64,000 bases of DNA from Moniliella sp. 'wahieum'. Its lineage: Eukaryota. Position numbers and translations under genes: made by a program. This document shows, piece by piece, positions 60,520 to 64,000 of the stretch (positions within the stretch are counted from its first letter, which is position 1; each line of letters starts with the position of its first letter). The notes beneath the pieces were generated by a model. That model did not search any database. It was not told where the DNA came from and saw only the letters and a program-made list of their open reading frames with translations. The stretch lies in contig RSEE01000116.1 in the NCBI GenBank assembly GCA_003971905.1, positions 1 to 64,000 on the forward strand, in the 5' to 3' direction.

Positions 60520-61914
60520 ATGACTACAACCAGTGTCAAAGGTCTCTTTCGCTCGAACCCAATCCGACCACGATCGTCCTTCGACGCCGGGTTCGCCCCC
60601 AGGCCCATCGACGTTGTGCCCCCCTGCCGTCCCCAAGTCTTGACCCCCTACCCGACGGACCACAAGCCACCAGTGGACGGAACAACTACAACTACAACTA
60701 CCACAACAACATCCACATCCAACACATCTACCAAATCGTACCACAACAGGCAGGACACGCTTGCCCCTCGTCTTGGGGGGGCGGCCGGAGCACCTGCTCC
60801 AGCTCCAACTGCTGCTCCTAATGCGGCACTTGCACCTGGTGATGCTGCTACTCCTGATGCTGATGCTGACACTGATACTGATGCTGATACGGACACTCGC
60901 TTCGTTGCGCCTGTTCGTTCCGAGCTGGGGACTGAGGCTGCTTCGCTGGACCGGGCCGAGAAGCAAGATACCCACCACCTGGCTCGTCGGCATGCGCCGA
61001 CACCCTATCCCTCCACTTTACCTGCTCCTCAAGATCCTGGTAGTGGTAGTGTGGCACGGAGCAGCATGCCTTCCCACACGAGGCACTCCCACACGAGGCA
61101 CTCCCACACGAGGCACTCCCACATGGAGCACTTCCGCACGGGGTCCGAAGATGTGCCACCCGATGACATGCCGCCATCCAGGTCCGCACCCAGAAGGCGG
61201 GAGCGGGGGACGTCGTACCCCTCCTCATCAACACGTGATGGGTTGTCGCACCGGCGCATACGCACGTCGGCCACGTTGGGTTCGAGGTACGAGTATGAGT
61301 ACGAGTACGAGCACGAACGGCTGCACGAACGGCAGCCCCACCGGAAGCACGACCGGCACCACGAGCGGCAGCACGAACGGCAGCACGAACGGCAGCACGA
61401 ACGGCAGCATGAACGGCAGCGCGACCGGGAGTACGACCTGGAGAAGGAACGGTATCACGCTGGTGTTCTAGGCCTGCGGGCTGCTACGGGATCGTCGGAG
61501 CGCAATGAGGTGGCAGTGATGCGAGAAAAGGGCAGCGGAGCTGAACGCGCTTCGTGGGGTTACCCCCTGGTTCCGTATGCGGGTAGGTACCCTGCTCCTG
61601 CGACTGGGCGACTGGTGCGAATGGAAAGAATGGGGCGAATGCCAAGGCGCGTGGTTGGTCCATGGCAGAGGCGCCCTTTTCGGGCCCAAGGCCAAGACCA
61701 AGGCCAGCGCCAGACGAGTATCCCCAAGCGGACCACCATCTTGTTGCCGCACCAAAGGGCCGAGTTCACCACGCGTGGCGTCGCCTCCAACGTGTTTTCC
61801 TCTGCGCGCACGGCGACCAGCCGTAGTCGTATTGATACGTTGGGACCTGGACCCACTGCCGTGCTGGTTGGTGTGATGGGCAGAAATGCCCTGGCTTGGC
61901 ACTCGGACCAGTAG
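60520..61914 (+). CDS. Low-complexity ORF, probably the C-terminal extension of the MAP kinase
   Basis: 464-codon open frame just after an intron-like segment (GTACGT ~60328, GCTGAC branch points). Contains in-frame (HSHTR)3 and (HERQ)n repeats. Confidence 0.5.
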   Translation: MTTTSVKGLFRSNPIRPRSSFDAGFAPRPIDVVPPCRPQVLTPYPTDHKPPVDGTTTTTTTTTTSTSNTSTKSYHNRQDTLAPRLGGAAGAPAPAPTAAPNAALAPGDAATPDADADTDTDADTDTRFVAPVRSELGTEAASLDRAEKQDTHHLARRHAPTPYPSTLPAPQDPGSGSVARSSMPSHTRHSHTRHSHTRHSHMEHFRTGSEDVPPDDMPPSRSAPRRRERGTSYPSSSTRDGLSHRRIRTSATLGSRYEYEYEYEHERLHERQPHRKHDRHHERQHERQHERQHERQHERQRDREYDLEKERYHAGVLGLRAATGSSERNEVAVMREKGSGAERASWGYPLVPYAGRYPAPATGRLVRMERMGRMPRRVVGPWQRRPFRAQGQDQGQRQTSIPKRTTILLPHQRAEFTTRGVASNVFSSARTATSRSRIDTLGPGPTAVLVGVMGRNALAWHSDQ

Positions 61915-61965
61915 CATACGATGTATGTGAAATGTGGCATGTGAGGGGGCACCATGACACACTTC

Positions 61966-62008
61966 TTCCTATACCTATACACCTATACCTATACCTATAC
62001 CTATACCT
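61966..62008. repeat. (CCTATA)n microsatellite
   Basis: About 6-7 tandem copies. Confidence 0.9.
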
Positions 62009-63056
62009 TCTGTGGGTATCTGGACCCAAGCCACTGAGTACCCCGTACTCGGTACTCACTCCACACGGACCTTGCCTCCCCTCTTGCGCCTTCTTTGTCT
62101 CTCCCTAGTCCTTGTATATTTCTGCAACGGGTCGTCCTTCGCTCGCCCGTTGGGCTAGTAGGTTGGCTTTTGATCACGGTGATTTACGATACCCCCTACA
62201 CTGATACTACTAGCCGCATTGTAAGCACTTCAAGTGTGAGCACGTGAGCACACAATCAAATGCGAAAACACTGTACTCACACTCGTTTGCTTCTTTCCTC
62301 TCTGGTGCCCAGCCTGCGAGAGGAGCCTCGCATGTCCCTGATAGATCCTACACCGATTGAATCCCCTGTTATCATGTTGGTAATTGGGTGGCACTGTGGG
62401 TTGGAATTTGGACTGAGTTGAGTACTGAGAGGAGCTCCTGGCCCTCTCGGTGCAGTGTCCCATTGCATTTTTTTGTAAAAAGGGAGATATGGCATACTAG
62501 ATCACAGCGATGTAGCAGCGGTCAAGTGGTATCCCTCCTGCTCGTGGAGGCGGAGGAGGTGGGGGGCACGGTGGGCCGGTCCGAGAAAACAAAAGGACAA
62601 AACGCGATCGAGGGGAGAGACGGAGAAGTGCACCAGAAAGATTGGGCATCGAGACGAACGAGCAGAGCGACCGAGAGAACAAGTCAAGGTTCGACGTTCA
62701 CGCTTCAAGCGAGACACGATCCAAGCAAGAGGACAAGAGAGACAATTGGAGGAGCTACGGATAAGGAGTGGCGAGTGACGGAAGGAAGGAAGGAAGGAGA
62801 ATATGGAAATGGTCGTGTGTTGGGACAAGGAACATCAGGAACGACATTGAGTCTAACTCCGCAGAGATCCAGCATCAAGCTTGAACCGTCGAGAGAGAGG
62901 AGAGATCAGAGGAGAGAGGGGGAGGGGGGGGGGAGGGGGTGCAATTGAATTGGTGTACGAAGAGCCGTGCGAGAGTAGCGCGTGTTGGAGACCGATCCGA
63001 AGGGAATTCAATCCATCAACGTACGAACATATACTTCAGTTGCTTGAATTGTGCAC

Positions 63057-64000
63057 CTAGCTCGACCCTGACGAAGGCGGGATCGGGTTGGGCAACCAGA
63101 GTCCATTGGGTGCCGGGGCAAAGCCCAAGGGGGGAACGGGCTTGTTGACCAACTCCAACGCGCCCTGCAACGTATTGGTTTCCACCCGGTTGCCCCACCA
63201 GAGGTTTTCGCCGTTGAACGCATTGTCAACCGCGAGCTTGTTCGTGTTGGGCAACTCGAGACAAATGTCAATCAAAAACGACATAAGGGAGCTACCGGCG
63301 GTAAAGCCAGCGGACAAGACGTAATTGTAATCGGTCCAAAACTCAAAGTAATGCCGACGCAAAAAGTACTGGAAAAACCATCCGACCAAGAACCACGACG
63401 TAAAGTTGATCCCTGTCGCGGGGGGCATCATGCCCGTCGCACCAAAGAAGACGGGCCAGTTGATGAACCGCACCCACGAGTTGGGGTACTTTCTAGCCAA
63501 AAGCCAAGTAGGGATCGGGATCAAGGCTCCCACAATGAACATGATGTTCAGCGCACCGTAGGTTTCCCCCACGGCAAACGTGCGCCCTGGGCCAATTAGG
63601 CCCCAGATGATACTCGCTGCAGGGGTCAAAACGCGGGATCCAGTCAGTGAGAGTTCTCACAAGGGAGAGAAAGAAGAAGAAGAAGGCCGAAGGGTTAAAA
63701 GGGAGACGAACCTGAGTAAAATGTTTTCTGTGAGGCACAGGTAAAGTGGGCCGGACTGATTTTCTGGTTGGGGTCAACGCCACAGAGGTTGTGGGTCGAC
63801 TTGAAGAGGAACGCAGTCACGCCCACCTGGACAAAGCAGGCCCAGATGGTGGAGACGATCTGGGCCCAGAACATGTCCCGAGGCGGAACTTTCATATAAT
63901 GCCCCAGCTTCAGGTCTTGGAGAAACGTGACGGATTGGACCATGGTGATGTACCCAAACGTTTTGAAAATCATCATTGCAATCGGTCGCCCTGGGAGCGC
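63057..64000 (-). CDS. OPT-family oligopeptide transporter, 3' part (runs off the window), intron ~63621-63711
   Basis: PGRPIAMMIFKTFGY, FLQDLKLGHYMKVPPR, ASIIWGLIGP, PPATGINF, YNYVLSAG, WWGN. Confidence 0.93.

Overview
Eukaryotic, intron-containing, GC-rich fungal DNA, most likely a smut-related basidiomycete (Ustilaginomycotina-like: RNase U1-like and SMG1-like lipase genes, GTACGT/GTGCGT donors, CTAAC/CTGAC branch points). Nearly every conserved gene is broken by 1-2 bp deletions, at least some in homopolymer or dinucleotide runs. This is typical of an unpolished long-read assembly, so gene ends are approximate and most ORFs in the track are fragments or shadow frames. The window opens with a short telomere-like CCCTAA tract followed almost immediately by housekeeping genes (OMA1, kynurenine 3-monooxygenase, ArfGAP, FUSC-type transporter). 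A lower-GC island of about 14 kb (~15.5-29.7 kb) lacks recognisable housekeeping genes. It holds an intron-containing tRNA-Gly(GCC), shredded Ty1/copia and Ty3/gypsy fragments, an LTR+PBS-like remnant, and a cryptic spliced gene with a duplicated exon-intron module and an 11-aa beta/amyloid-like repeat. The island is a candidate centromere. Gene-dense DNA then resumes: class 3 lipase, SCO1, THOC7-like, MFS permease, NDUFB7, MAM33, LYS1, RNase U1/T1-like, CAF-1 large subunit, an orphan gene, FIT/SCS3, a SAM methyltransferase, a TEY MAP kinase and the 3' part of an OPT transporter. No CRISPR array, rRNA or prokaryotic system was seen.
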